This document shows, in pieces, positions 47,801 to 62,929 of a stretch of 64,000 bases of DNA. Both the position numbers and the translations under genes were made by a program. The number at the start of each line of letters is the position of its first letter. Positions within the stretch are counted from its first letter, which is position 1. The notes under the pieces were generated by a model, which was not told the origin of the DNA, made no database searches, and worked only from the letters and a program-made list of their open reading frames with translations. Source of the stretch: the human T2T-CHM13v2.0 reference genome, Homo sapiens. The stretch lies in the NCBI RefSeq assembly GCF_009914755.1, contig NC_060934.1; one strand, given 5' to 3'.

Positions 47801-49877
47801 GAAAAGAACATTAATGAGCAATAAAAAGTCATGTGAAAGTACAAAACTCACTGGCAATAGTGAATACATAGAAAAACACAGAATATTACAACACCATAAC
47901 TGTGACATGTAAACTACTCATATCTAGAGTAGAAATGCTAAAATATGAACTGATCAAAAATAATAATTACAACAAGTTTTCAAGACAGGCAGTACAATAA
48001 GATAAAAATAGAAACAACAAAAAATTTAAAAGCAGGGAACAATGTTAAAGTGTAGAGTTTTATTAGTTTTCTCTTTGTTTATGCAATCAGTGTTGACATC
48101 AGTTTAAAATAACGAGATATTATATTATTTGAAAGCCTCATGGTAACCTCAAATCAAAGAACACACAACAGATACACAAAAAATAAAAAGCAAAGAATTA
48201 AAATGTGCCACCAGAGAAAATCACCTTCATTAAAATGAAGACATTAGTAAGAAAAGAAGGAAGAGAAGACCACAAAACAACCCAAAAACAAATAAAATGG
48301 CAGGAGTAAGTCCTTACTTACCAATAATAACATTGAATGTAAATGGACTAAACTCTCCAATCAAAAAACATAGAGTGGCTGATGGATTAAAAAACAAAAA
48401 CAAAAACAAAAACAAGACCAAATGATCTGTTGCCTACATGAAACACACTTCACCTATAAAGACACAACATAGACTGAAAATACAGGGATGGAAAAAGATA
48501 TTCCATGCAAATGGAAACAAAAAAGAGCAGAATAGATTGATGCAAAAAATATATTTCAAGACAAAAACTATAAAAAGAGACAAAGAAGGTCATTATATAA
48601 TTATACATGGATACATTCAGCAAGAGGCTATAACTACTGTAAATGCACCTCACACTGGACCACTGAGATATACAAAGCAAATATTATTAGAGGTAAAGAG
48701 AGAGATAGACCCCAATACGGAATAATAGCTAGAGACTTCAACATCCCAGTTTCAGCACTGAACAGATCACCCAGACCAAAAAAAAAAAAAAAAAATCAAT
48801 GAACATTGGACTTAATCTGCACTATAGACCAAATGGACATAATAGATATTTACAAAACATTTCATCCAATGGCTTCAGAATATACATTCTTCTCCTCAAC
48901 ACATAGATAATTCTCAAGGATAGACCTTATGTTATACTACAAAGCAAGTCTTTAAAAATTCAAAACACTTGAAATAATATCAAAGTAACTTCTCTGACCA
49001 CAATGGAATAAAACTATAAGTCAATAACAAGGGGATTTTGGGAAACTATACAAACACATGGAAATTAAACAATATGCTTCTAAATGACCAGTGGGTCAAT
49101 GAAGAGATTAAGAAGGAAAGTGAAAATTTTCTTCAAACAAATAATGAAAACACAACATATTAAAGCCTATGGAATATAGTAAAAGCAGTACTAAGAGGAA
49201 AGCGTATATCTTTAAGCCTACATCAAAAAAGTAGAAAATCTTCAAATAGACAACCTAACCATGCAAGTTAAAGAATTAGACAAGCAAGAGTAAACCAAAC
49301 CCAAAATTAGAAGAAAAGAAATAATTAAGATAAGAGCAAAAATTAATGAACTTGAAATGAGGAAAACAAAAAAAATCAACAAAATGAAAAGCTGGTTTTT
49401 TTAAAAGATAAACAAAATCACCAAAACTTTAGCCAGATTAACCGAAAAAAAGAGAGAAGAACAGATAAATAAAATCAGATATGAAAAAGGAAATATTACA
49501 ACTGGCACTGCAAAAATTCAAAGGATTATTAGGGGCTACTATGAGCAAATATACACCAATAAATTGGAAAGCCTAGAAGAAATGGATAAATTCCTAGACA
49601 CATACAACCTACCAAGATTAAACTTGAAAGAAATCCAAAACCTGAAAATGTCTGAACAGACTGGTAAAAGTAATGAGATCAAAGCTGTACTAAAAGGTCT
49701 CCTAGCAAAACAAATTCCAGGATATGATGGTTTCACTGCTGAATTTTACCAAACATTTAAAGAAGAACTAATACCAATCTTACTTGAACTATTTCAAAAG
49801 ATAAAGGAGGAAGGAATACTTCCAAACTCTTTCTATGAGGCCAGTAATACCCTGATACCAAAACCAGACAAAGACAC

Positions 49878-49948
<71 letters not shown>

Positions 49949-50745
49949 AGGAAAGAAGGAAAGAAAGAGAAAGAGAACGAACAAACTACAGGCCAGTATC
50001 ACTGATGAATATTGATGCAAAAATTCTCAACGAAATACTAGCAAACTGACTTCAACAACACATTAAAAAGATTATTCATCATGACCAAGTGGGATTTATC
50101 CTACGAATACAAGGATGGCTCCATGCACTTAAATCAATCAATGTGATACATCATATCAACAAAATAAAAGACAAAAATCATATAATCATTTCAATTGATG
50201 CTGAAAAGGCATTTGATAAAATTCAACATTCCTTCATGATAAAAACACTTTAAAAAACTGAGTATAGAAGGAAAATACTTTGACACAATAAAAGCCAAAT
50301 ATGACAGACCCACAGCTAGTTATCATACTGAATGGGGAAAAACAGAATGCCTTTCCTCTAAGATCTGGAACACAACAAGGGTGCCTACTATCACTACTGT
50401 TATTCAACAATAATTGAATAGAAGTACTATTGAAGAGGTACTAGAATAGGTACTATAAGTCCTAACTAGAGTAATCAGACAAGAGAAAGAAATAAAGGGC
50501 ATTCAAGTTGGAGAGGAAGAAATGAAATTATCCTTGTTTGCAGATGATACGATCTTATATTTGGAAAAAACCTAAAGACATCACCAAAAAACTACTAGAA
50601 CTGAAAAACAAGTTAAGTTTTAGGATACAATATCAACATACAAAAATCAGTGGCATTTCTATATGCCAATAGTAAACAGTCTGAAAAAGAAATCAAGAAA
50701 GTAATCTGATTTATAATAGCTACAAATAAAATACCTAGGACTTAC
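44878..50745 (+). mobile_element. Old LINE-1 (L1M1/L1M2-like) with 5'UTR, ORF1 and partial ORF2; 3' end missing
   Basis: L1 5' start AAGATGGCAGAATAGAAG, internally repeated 5'UTR, ORF1 remnant ~46.9-47.8 kb, ORF2 from ~48.3 kb ([33 protein letters not shown]), stopping at AAAATACCTAGGA. Confidence 0.88.
49879..49976. repeat. (GAAA)n tetranucleotide repeat within L1 ORF2
   Basis: Long perfect GAAA run with a degenerate 3' end. Confidence 0.97.
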
Positions 50746-50749
50746 ACAT

Positions 50750-51303
50750 GGGCTGCAAGAGCCAGAGCTTCCTGATTCCCAGCCTGGGAGCAGAGAGGGA
50801 TGCTCAAGCTCAGGCCAACCACGCCCTGCCCTGGACTGACTTCATCCACCAGAGTCGGCTGCCACTTCTTCAGAAAGTTCAAGAATAACTCACCCCTTAC
50901 TTAGCATATAATTAGGCACAGGCATTAATATAGCTAGCCAGCAGTCCACAAGTGCCACTCTGCCTATGGGATAGCTCTGCTGGGTCTATGGAGCAGCCAT
51001 TTCACTGTACATTGTTGCTCCCATAAATGTGCTGTCTTTCACTGTTGGCTCACTCTTGAATTTTTTATTATACTTTAAGTTTTAGGGTACATGTGCACAA
51101 CATGCAGGTTATTTACATATGTATACATGTGCCATGTTGGTGTGCTGCACCCATTAACTCATCATTTAGCATTAGGTATATCTCCTAATGCTATCCCTCC
51201 CCCCTACCCCCACCCCACAACAGGCCCCAGTGTGTGAATTCTTTCAGCTGAAGCCAAGAACCCTCCCAAGCTAAGCCCCCATTTGGGATTTCACCTGTAT
51301 CAG
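50750..51303 (+). mobile_element. 3' part of an ERV1-type LTR containing an antisense L1PA 3'-end fragment (51061-51236)
   Basis: GCTCTGCC/TATGGAGCAGCCAT...AAGCCAAGAACCCTCCC...CA LTR tail. The L1 fragment is flanked by TGAATT. Confidence 0.65.
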
Positions 51304-51969
51304 GATGATGAGGAGACTTCCACTCCAGTTTTCTTTCCAAGGCCCAGAGCCGATGATGTCACTCTCTTTCTTAAACATCATGCGTAGTTCTTCAGTGATT
51401 CCCTGGCACCAGGAGAAGCAGCTTTCAAAGTCTTCCCATGGTATTGTTTCAAAACTAGTTATGCACCACATAAGGATGCTCCAGTCAATGACGGACTGCA
51501 TATATGATGGTGGTCTGTTGTGCCAAACCCCTATAGACTCCTGTGGAGATGGTACCAGGTTCAAGAGGCCTAAGAGACCCAGAGCCAGCAAATGAGACAT
51601 GGGGTTTTTTTAAATGGAGAAATACTATCTTAACACAGAAGAATCCTTAGTTTTAAAGGTCAGGAATCTGAATTCTGACATTGCATGGGACAGAGGGAAT
51701 GGCAAATGCACTCAGTGATAACTGTATGTTGGCTACATTGAGTCATTTTCTCCACATTACTTAATATCTGATACTGAATGTACTGAGCTTGATAGATGTT
51801 TTGTTTTTAAGGATAAGTCACAATTAAATAGAAACTGTTTAATAATTTATCTTAGGTGAAAATGATCCTGGTATACAAGAAGTCCTGTGATGCCTAGCTT
51901 TATATCATTATTTATATGGACTACGAAGAATTATAATTCTGGTTTATAACCAACTATTTTTATGTCAAA

Positions 51970-52465
51970 ACAAAACAAAAAGAAAAAAGCCATGAGAAGA
52001 CATGGAGGAAACTTAAATGCATATTGCTAAGTAAAAGGCCAAACTGAAAAGGCTACAGACCATGATTCCAACTATATGGAATTCAGGAAACAGGAAAAAC
52101 ATGGAGATGGTAAAGAGAGCAGTGGCTGCCAGAGGGATGAATAAGTGGAGCATAGAGGATTTTTAGGGCAGTGAAACTAGTCTATATGATACGATAATGG
52201 TGGATACATGTCATTATACATTTGTCCAAATCCATAGACTGTACAACACCAAGAGTGAATCCTAATATGAACTATAGACTTCAGGTGATAAAGATGTCAA
52301 TGTAGGCTCGTCAATTGTAACAAATGTACCACTCTAGTGAGGATGTTGATAGTAGAGGAGGTTATGCACACGTAAGGATAGGGAATATATGAGAAATCTC
52401 TGTAACTTCTCTCAATTTTGCTATGAACCTAAAATGGCTTTTTAAGTCTTAAATCAAGAAATTAA
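51970..52465 (+). mobile_element. Old L1 3' end (L1MC1-like)
   Basis: ACATGGAGGAAACTTAAATGCATATTGCTAAGT...GTGAATCCTAATATGAACTATAGACT. Confidence 0.75.
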
Positions 52466-52910
52466 ACGTATTAACTTCTATAAACACATTCACTACAAAG
52501 ACTTGCATAATGCATCTTTAAGTTTGAAAACAGTTGAACATTTGTGAATGTCAATATGCAAACATCCTAGTAAAATACTGTTTTCCAGTTTCAAAGAAGG
52601 ACACTAATTTCCCTGTTAATCAAATGTTTTGACAACTATGAAAAATACTGACCCTTAATAAATGACCCTGCATGGCTCCTTAACTCTAACACCTTTTTTT
52701 CTGTAAAGACAGGGCCTCACTATGTTTACCCAGGCTGGACTCAAACTCCCTGCCTCAAGTGATCTTTCTGCCTCAGCCTCCCAAAGTGTTAAGATTATAA
52801 GCGTGAGCCACCATGTCCAGCCAGACTATGATACTTTAATTTCACAAGTTTTCTACCTCACACTGGGAAGCCAAACTAAATTAGCCACTTGAAATAGAAA
52901 TACTTTTAGG

Positions 52911-53211
52911 GGCCGGGCGCAGTGGTTCACGCCTGTAACCCCAGCACTTTTGGGGGCTGAGGTGGGTGGATCATTTGAGGTCAGGAGTTCAAGACCAGAT
53001 TGACCAACAGTATTTTGTACTAAAAATACAAAAATTAGCCAGGCATGGTGGTCTGCACCTGTAATCCCAGCTACTCGGGAGGCTGAGGTAGGAGAATTGC
53101 TTGAACCAGGAGGCAGAGGTTGAAGTGAGATGAGATCGCACCACTGCACTCCAGCCTGGGCTACAGAGTGAAACTCTGTCTCAAAATAAATAAATAAATA
53201 AATAAATAAAA
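52911..53211 (+). mobile_element. Alu with (TAAA)n tail; an antisense Alu monomer lies at ~52695-52822
   Basis: Alu consensus, flanks AAATACTTT(T/C)AGGG. Confidence 0.93.
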
Positions 53212-53805
53212 ACAAATACTTTCAGGGATATTTTGTCTTTGATTTTTAACATAAACACTAAGCTAATTCCAATAACAGTTCCTCTGTTATGCTGGCACTG
53301 TTCCAAATAACAAATGCAGAGTATGTAGAGAAATCACATATTTATCAAATTTCAAATTGCCAAATATTACTCTTTAAGATGATTGTGATCTTGCTTCCCA
53401 ATTACTTCATCATCAGATACATGCAGAAGGAACTCAGAATTGGCCTTTGTACTGTCTGCCCCTAACTTCATTCATCATCCTTGCTTGGAATACAGTAATT
53501 GCTACCACATCATAGTGAGGCACTTTGTGAATCAATGAACAGACCACAACTACCAGAAGATGCAGGACTATTAACTAATGCAGGACTATTAACTAACAGA
53601 TTCAAACTTGAGACAGACTTCTCAATGAGAACAGAGATACTATCTAATATATGTTATGAATGTCCCATAAATAATGGCCCTTCAAGGACTATCAAAAGGG
53701 ATATGCAAATCCTGACATTACTATGGTCACAGTTTGTTCCATATACTGTGTCACCTTTGTAGTATGATAAAAATGAACAAACAACATATAAATTAGCCCT
53801 CCTTT

Positions 53806-54369
53806 TGTTACCAACAAAGCTGGTCCTCCAAAAGATGGGGTCTTTCCCTGATGGGTGTCACAAAGCCAATACGTGAAACCAAAAAAGAGTGACAAACACT
53901 GCAGGTTTTATTCAATCGCCACTGAATTGAGAAGCAGGAGTATGGCTCACAAATCAACTTTTCAACTAATGAGGAGTGAGGGGGTTAAAATATAATTTTT
54001 CTAATAAAGGTGTTTCACATTCAAGCAAAGGGAGGAATATTCCTGGATTTTTCAGAAATGGGCAGTGAACTTCCTAAAACCAGAGTGCTGCCTTCCTTTT
54101 TGTCCTTTCATGGCTTCTTCTGGTCACTGTCATGGCGATTGTCAACTGTCATGGAGCTAGCAGGAGCGTTATTTAGCACAGAAATAAGATTATAAAAAGG
54201 CTGAGGTCTTTTTAAAGTCGTTTGGTCAGCTATCGTGGTTGTAACCAGTCTCCTCTGGACTGGTTACAAAAGGAACTTTTCATCACAGGCATCCTGTTTC
54301 TTAAAGATAAGCAGAGTTAGGGCAGGGTAAAAATTCAGCTATGTCACGCAGGAATTACATCAGGTAACA
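53806..54369 (-). mobile_element. Solo LTR (MER41-related ERV1), co-oriented with C10orf88
   Basis: Inverted termini TGTTACC/GGTAACA. The minus strand has CCATGACAGTTGACAATCGCCATGACA and AATAAA (53912-53907). Absent at the homologous site of the pseudogene arm. Confidence 0.75.
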
Positions 54370-55410
54370 TTTTTAAAGAAGAAATTTGCCAAAATATTAA
54401 ATGAGTATGAGATACCCTTTTTCTAAAAAATAAGACATTTGAAGTAAAGATTAGTTGAAATAAAACAGTTCTACTAACTAAAGACAAGTAGTTCCCAGAG
54501 CAGGTGCATTTATTTTTATATGCAAATATATCACCCTTCAATGCATATACAATAGTTATAAGGTCTGAAAACTAAGTCTATCAGAGAGAATTGCAATCCC
54601 TTGACTCATATGTGTTCATCCTTCCATGGAGAGCCTCATTATTTCATACAATAAACATGCCAGAAAAGGATTCTGGGGAAAAAACCTGTATCAGCTCAAA
54701 AGGAGAGGTTTTCTTAAACTGTCTGGGGTTACTGAGGTCAAACAAGATGACTGCATCTGTTTTACAGGAAAAATCAAATCCAAAGTACTAATCGTAACAA
54801 GGACTAGGCTAGTTCTGATGTTTACTTTCCTACCTACAGCTACTCTGTAATGAAACAAATAATATTAACAACCCCAGAGTGAACTAAGTTTACACATGCC
54901 AAATATCACATCTTATTCATTATCTCACACAAGCAATACAAAATGTAAACTGGTAATCTGAAGTAAAGGCTCCAAGTCTTAAGTATCCAATTTTCCAAGA
55001 TAATTAGAAAAAGAAAAAAATCAAATACTCTTAAGCATTATTTTTCATACTTCTAAGACTATAAGATCTTTGTATAAATAAAAATTATACTTAAACACAT
55101 ATACAATACAAACTAATGAACTGTATTAGAAATCCTCAAGCATTTTAAACTCTTAACACAAATATACATACATTTCTGTAAGACTGAAAAATATCGTGAG
55201 CAAAAATAATTTGACTGTATCATATTAACTCAGTGTACAGTACTGGATTTAAAATAACAAGTGTAGTAAAAACGAAAACTGAGGTCACTTTGTGTAAGAC
55301 AATGATCCCTCAAAGGACATTAAATACTTGCTTTTTATAAATATTTTTGGGTTTTGGCTTTGTAATAAATATGTAATAAATATCTGCAGTACACTGTTTA
55401 TGTTGAGAGC

Positions 55411-55645
55411 TTATCTTTCTCCATTTGAAAGTCTTTCTCCAGAGTCATAATGTCTTAGAGGTATCCCAGTGGGCGGGGAGTTAGGATTTTGCAGCAAATC
55501 CAGTAACAAAGCAATCTTATCATCAATGTGCTCCTGGAGTTCATGTATTCGCTGATCAATGTAATCCATAAGTTTCTTTTCCATCAGTTCCATATTTTTA
55601 GAAAGAATCTTTTCCAAGTAGGAGCAAATAGATTGCTCTTCCATT
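55411..55645 (-). CDS. C10orf88: C10orf88 (PAAT) last coding exon
   Basis: Acceptor TTTTAG, MEEQSICSYLEKILSKNMELMEKKLMDYIDQRI...ERLSNGER-TAA, phase-compatible with the upstream exon. Confidence 0.95.
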
Positions 55646-56148
55646 CTAAAAATACATTTTTAAAAATGTGTAAATTTTCCCTAATAACAAAAACAACCAA
55701 GCTTATAAAACAAGCAGCCAACATATATTGCTGAGATTTGTCTCCACAACTGTGCTCTGTCTTCTTACAATGCATTTCTAGGTCCTAATACACATCCACA
55801 ATAGGCAACCACAGCCCTAAATGCCCAACACATTATTAATTCTTTTTTAGTATACAATTGAACAGAAATGTAAAAGTGAAAAGGAACCCTCAAAGAGCAA
55901 GTCTTTAGAAAGGGTCTTTTTGATTTTGAGGTCCAAATCAAAACTGATCTGGCCCAATTTTCTTCTAAAGTCAACATGCATATTTTCAAATACTTCCCCA
56001 ACCAACTCTATAAAGTTTTTCTTCCTTCATACAAACAACCTTACTAAACTACTAGAAGGTTCTTTTTTTTAACCTGGTATAAAAACACTTCAGAATTTAA
56101 CTAGAATGGGCAAACTAACAAAATAAATAAAAAGCACACCAATTTCTA

Positions 56149-57020
<872 letters not shown>

Positions 57021-57054
57021 TAGAATACACCAAAGACAGTTTTTAAGAAACTCT

Positions 57055-59995
57055 GTATTTTGAAATAATTATGGATTCACAGGAAGTTGCAAAGATATTA
57101 GTTTCTCAGTGCCCTTTATCCAATCCTCCCAATGGTCACATCTTATCTACCTATAATCCAATATCAAAACCAGGAAATTGATATTAATATGATGTGTGTG
57201 TATAGTTCTATGCCATTTTATCATATGTACACATATTTATTTAAACACCACCATAATCAAAAGGCAGAACCATTCTTTAACTGCAATGATCTCCTCCCTG
57301 CTACCCCTCTATTGTCATACCTACTCCCCTAAAGTCTTCTTTCCCTAATACCTGGTAACCATCAATATGTTGTTCATCTCTACAGTTTTATTATTTTGAA
57401 AATATTATAAAGTGAGATCATACAGTATGTGACCTTTTGAGATTCTCTTTTGTCACTCAGCAAAATGCCTTTGAGAGATGTCCAAGTTGTTTTTTACTGC
57501 TCATCAGCACTGCGTGATATGGAGGTACCATAGTTTAACCATTCACCTATTGCTAAGACATTTTAGTTGGGACTTCTGGGATATTACAAAGAAAGCTTTT
57601 ATTAATAACTGTGTACAAGTTTCTGTGTGGACCTGAGCTTTCATTTCTCTGGGATGTCCAGGAGTATAATTGCTGGGTTGTACGGTAACTGTATGTTTAG
57701 TTTTTAAGATATTGCCAAAATATTTTTTAGAGTGACTGTACCATTTTATATTCCTACCAACAATGTATGAGAGATCCAGTTCCCAAACATCTTTGTCAGC
57801 ATTTGGTATTGTTACCATTTTTAAATTTTAGCCATCCAAATATGTAGTGATATATTGTGGTTTTAATATGCATTTCCCTAATAGTCACTAAGTCAATGTT
57901 GATCAACTTTCCTTGTGCTTATTTGCTATTTGTATATCCTGTCTGTTGAAATGACTATTCTTTTGCCCATGGTTTAAATTGGATTGTTAGGTTTTATTTT
58001 TATTTGCTTTTAACATAGAGTTTTGAGAGTTCTTTATGTACTTCAGAGACAGGTCATTTGCTGGATTTGTAATTTGCAAAGAATTTCTCCCAGTCTGTAT
58101 TTTAATTCCCCTAACAGTGTCTTTCATAAACAAAAGTTTTACATTTTGATGGGGCCCAATAAATCAGTTTTTTATTTTATGGATCACGCTTTTGATGTCA
58201 TATCTGAGAACTCATTTCCTAGTCCTAGGTCCCTAGAGTTTCTCCTGTAGAAAAGCTTTATAGTTTTATATTTTACATTTTAATCTATAAGTAATTTTGT
58301 GTTAATTTTTGCATAAAGTATAAGATTTAAGTCACAATTCATTTTTTGCCTGTGGATATCCAACTGTTCCAGCACAGGTTAAAAAGACAATTCTACCTGT
58401 ATTGAATTATTTTTGCATTGTCAAACGTCAGTTGGTGTACTTGTGCAGAGTTATTTCTGTGCTATCCATCTATAAGTCTATGCCTCTGACAATAACACAG
58501 TCTTGAATACTGTGGCTATGTCTTGAAATCAAGTAGTGATTTCTCTTACACTTTTTCAAAATTTTTTATAGTTCCTTTATTTTTCCATTTTAAAAAATTC
58601 TCCATTTCTAAATTTTAGAATCATCTCATTCATATTTATAAAAAATCATGCTCGATTTTTCATAGGAATTACATTAAATTTATATATCAACTAGGAGAGA
58701 ATTGACGTTTTTACTATGCTGTGTCTTCAAATCCATGAATATGGTATGTCTCTCCAGTTTTTAGGGCTTTTCTTTTCCTTTGTCAGTATTTTATAATTTT
58801 CATTTCACATATCCTTATATATTTTGTTAGGTTTATAAATTTTTTCATATATTTTATAAGTATTTTTTATAGATTTACATATTTTACATATATTTACATG
58901 CATTTTTGTGTATTTTAATTTTGGGGGGCAATCTAGTTTGGTGTCAGGCTAATACTGACTTCACAGAATGAGTTGGAACATCTTCCCTCCTCTTCTAGTT
59001 TTTAAAAGCATGTAAAATTGATGTTCTTTAAATGTTCAGTGGAAACCTTCAGTGTAGCCATCTGGGCCTGGATATTTCTTTTTCATGAGCTTTCCAATCA
59101 TTAATCAAATATTTTTAGTGGTTATAGGACTATTTTATTACTTATTTCATGTTGGCTGAGTTTGGTTGGTAGTTTGTGGTTTTGGGGAAATTAATCCATT
59201 TCTCCTAAGTTGTCAAATTTATGAGCATAAATTTGTTTGTAATATTCCCTCCCTTGTTATCTTTTAACGGCCTTAGGATCAGTAGTGACATCTCATTACA
59301 TTCCGGATACTGATGATTGCATCTTCTTTTTATCTTTTGATAGTCTTGTTTGAAGTGTATCAATTTTATTGAAATTTTCAAAGAACTGGCTTTTGGCTTC
59401 ATTGATTTTGTTTGCTTGTTTTCAGTTACACTGATTTCTGTTATTATTTCCTTCTTTCTGCTTGCTTTAAGATCAGTTTGCTTGGCTTTAAAATTGTAAA
59501 TTCAATTTCTTTAATGGTTATAGGACTATTCAGATTATTTTATTTTGGTTGAGCTGTAGCTTTACGCTACTGATTTAAGAACAATCCTCTTTTCTAATGT
59601 AATCATTTAGTGCTATAAATATCCTTATCAATACTTCTTTAACTGCATCCCACAAATTTTGATGTGTTGTATTTTCATTCATTTCTGTGTAATAGGTTTA
59701 ATTTCTGTCAAGACTTTTTCTTGAACCATAAATTTAAGAATGCTGTGTAATTCCCAAAAATCTGGAAATTTTGTTGTCTTTTATTGGTTTCTAGTTAGAT
59801 TCATTTATGGTCAGAAAACACACATTGTATTATTTCAATCCTCTTGAATTTGGTCAGATTTGCTTTGTGACTCAAGATATAATCTATCTTTGCAAATCTT
59901 CCATAGATGCTTGAAAAAAGTGTATATTCTGCTATTGTTGGTAGAGTTCTCTATAAATGTCAACTCAATCCTGTTGGTTGGTGGTGGCGTTTAGT
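57055..59995 (-). mobile_element. Old L1M element, counterpart of the L1 in pseudogene intron 5
   Basis: The reverse complement aligns by eye to 16.3-17.36 kb and 18.85-19.61 kb. Confidence 0.75.
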
Positions 59996-60688
59996 TACAA
60001 AATCATCCAACTACCTCATTTTCAAATAAAATCTCTTAGGCTAAAGAATACTAAACAGTGTGGCAACATGTTTAAGCCAAAACCACACCTAGAGTCCTGA
60101 ATTCTAGTCTAGAACACCATTTTGACATACTATATCTACTTAAGCAATTAGGAACATAATACTTAGCTATCTCTTAATCAAATATGTACTGCCAAAATAA
60201 GGGATTAAGAGACTGGGGATAATAGCTTGTAAACTACAAGTGATTATTATCCTAATATAGTTTTTTAATAATCAGGAATTTGCCTAGACCAAACATAATC
60301 TTCAAGGAAAATGTCACAATGACATGCTTAACATACCCAGGCACAAAATAGTACAAATATATAAAAACAACATAAAGATTATAATTCCCACAGCTCCTTT
60401 CCATTCATGCAAATCACTTTCTATTCCAACTGTGAACTAATACTTGTGACCCTTCCACAAAATGCCTGGGAAGTGTGCAAAACCTCCAGTTATAGGGACT
60501 TCTTTCAAAGTAATCCATTCTACTCTGCAGTTATCCCCTTTAAGTGTATTAATGGTAAAATGTAAAAGTTGCTAAAATTTTCTCTGGAAACAAATTTTAG
60601 GCAGTACTCATTGAGACAAATCTGTTTCCTTTCATCTGATTCTTCCACCTACCAAATCGAAACTCGTATGTCTTAAAATAATACTTAC

Positions 60689-61143
60689 CCAACACCAAGA
60701 ATGCGTTCACCATGCTTGGTGATGTTTTCCTGACACTCGGTCTTATTTCCCACATGGAGATGATTAACTTGACTACATAAATTCTGGAGAAAAGGCAGCA
60801 ACTCGGAGTTGGGTATATTTGAGTTGTCACTTACTTTCTTTGGTAAGAAAGAGGCCATTGCATTTTTAAGATCATTTTCAAGAAAGGAATGGTTTTGAGG
60901 CATAACTTTACACTCATCAAGCTTGGTAGAATTCTCTCCACCAGGCAGTTGTGTACTTTTATCAATGTAAGTTTGTAAGTTTTCAGTCACGTTCCCAGAT
61001 GTCAATCCAGTTCTAAAAGGAAAAGGTGTGGAGGACGACTTGTTTAAGGTTCCTAAGGTAGATGAGGATTGTAGTCCAATCATATGCTTGTATCCAGAAT
61101 TGCCCAACACCGACTGAAGCTGCTCTCCAATGGGAATACAATT
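60689..61143 (-). CDS. C10orf88: C10orf88 (PAAT) penultimate exon; upstream exons lie beyond the window
   Basis: GTTTAG acceptor, open NCIPIGEQLQSVLGNSGYKH...HGERILGVG, donor GG|GTAAGT. Confidence 0.95.
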
Positions 61144-62249
61144 CTAAACAAGGTAAACAAGTAAATGTTAATATTAATAACACTGACAGCTAACTTTTGG
61201 AGTAATTACTATGAGTCAGGCACTGTGCATTGTTTCATCCAATCCTCAAAACATCCTTATAAAGTAGGCCACTAATACTATCCCAATATTAAGCTGAGGA
61301 GACCAAGGCTAAAGGTACCTAGCCAAGGTAACCAGCCAGTAAGTGGCAGAACTGGAACATGAACGCAGGTCACTTAACTCCACAGTCATGACTTTCAATC
61401 ATTTCATTGTAGTTTTTCCCAAAAGAAATTAAATAAATACTAGCATGAATAGTCAAACTGCACTGACACTAATGTTTCCACTACAAATGTCTCTTTATGA
61501 TAATAAAATGTACTACTCTCAACTGAGTCACAAGAACCGGTAAGTTTCTTAAAATTCAATTATATCATTCCCAACTGTCAAAATACGGTAAGTTACTCAC
61601 TTTCATCTAGTAATATCTTTTGCAATGAATTTTTCCTGGAAACTACACAGATAGGTATGCTATTTAAAGTTAGATGCTCTATGGGTACATTTGTGACATT
61701 TTCAATGACTGAAATTAGCTACTTCTGGCTGTGTTTGCTCTAAGAATTTCCAGGATAATGAGAGTTGTTTTGCAGCCTCAATTCAACTGGTTATGCAGTA
61801 TTATTTCCTGAGAAGATTCTGGCTTACCTTGAAGGGATGATTACAGTATCTCCCTTTTATGCTCTTTAATTTTTCCATTGGATAAAAGAAAATATCTCTA
61901 GCCTAAGTCTTAAGGCATATGGCTCCACTCTAAATTCAAAACATAAAAGTCTACTATAGATTCTTATCAGGGGTTATCATCCCACACTTATTGCTGTTCA
62001 ACAGCTGGTGAAACAGACTGAAAAAGCAATATGTAAATTAGCTGAAGAAACTCAGTTCATATACTTATAGATATTCTAAAAAGTTATTACTAGACTAAGC
62101 CGGAACAACATTAATTTATTCAACAAATATTTACCAGGAATCTACTCTGTGCTAGTATTGTTTCAAGCACTGGAAATACAGCAGCGAACAAAATAAATTA
62201 AAATCCCTGACCTCACAGAGCCTATATGACAGGGGAGCAAGGAGACACA

Positions 62250-62370
62250 AACTACAAAAGAAAAGAAGGAAAAAGGGGAAAGAAAAGAAAAAGAGAAAGT
62301 AAGGGAAAGAGAAAAGAAGTGAAGAAGGAAGAAGAGAAAAAAGTCAAGAAAAGAAAAGAAAGGAAAAAAT
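62250..62370. repeat. GA-rich low-complexity tract
   Basis: Nearly pure purine AAAGA-type run. Confidence 0.85.
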
Positions 62371-62929
62371 GTATCATGAAATGGAGATGGTGATAAATAC
62401 TTTAGGGAAAAATAAAGTGAGAAAGGAGAATAATAAGGGCCAGGGAAGCTGGGGGAAGATTTGTAATGTCATGTCCCCATCTAACTTTTTACCAAACTGC
62501 ACTTTGGAAAAGTGCTCTTTATAGAGAAATGTTAACCTACTGTAAGTTTATCTTGTTTTATAAAATGCAAGTTTTGAATAAACTTGAATATTTAAATATT
62601 CCTGGAATAAGATGAATTATGTAAAATTATATTTATAAAATGTTAACATTGGACAACTCCCCATAAGCTCAAAGAAAGTTACTCAGTCATAACAGGAAAG
62701 CCCATTTATTTCTCTATGACATTTCAAAACAAAATGTACAGTGGAAAACTACATTAAGAGTAATAATATTTACACTACAGTCAATGTCAAAAGTATGGGT
62801 GAACATTAAGTAGGCAGAACATTTAAACAGAAAAATCTAAATGTAAAGGTATTTGCTATGTAAATTTTTCCTTTCTGACATATAATATTCTGTTTATAAG
62901 AATTCACTGATTATGAAAATTAGTCATTG

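Noticed and set aside
53560-53597. Short tandem duplications (also ~12510-12610 and ~17798-17860)
   Set aside because: Ordinary slippage duplications with no sign of function.
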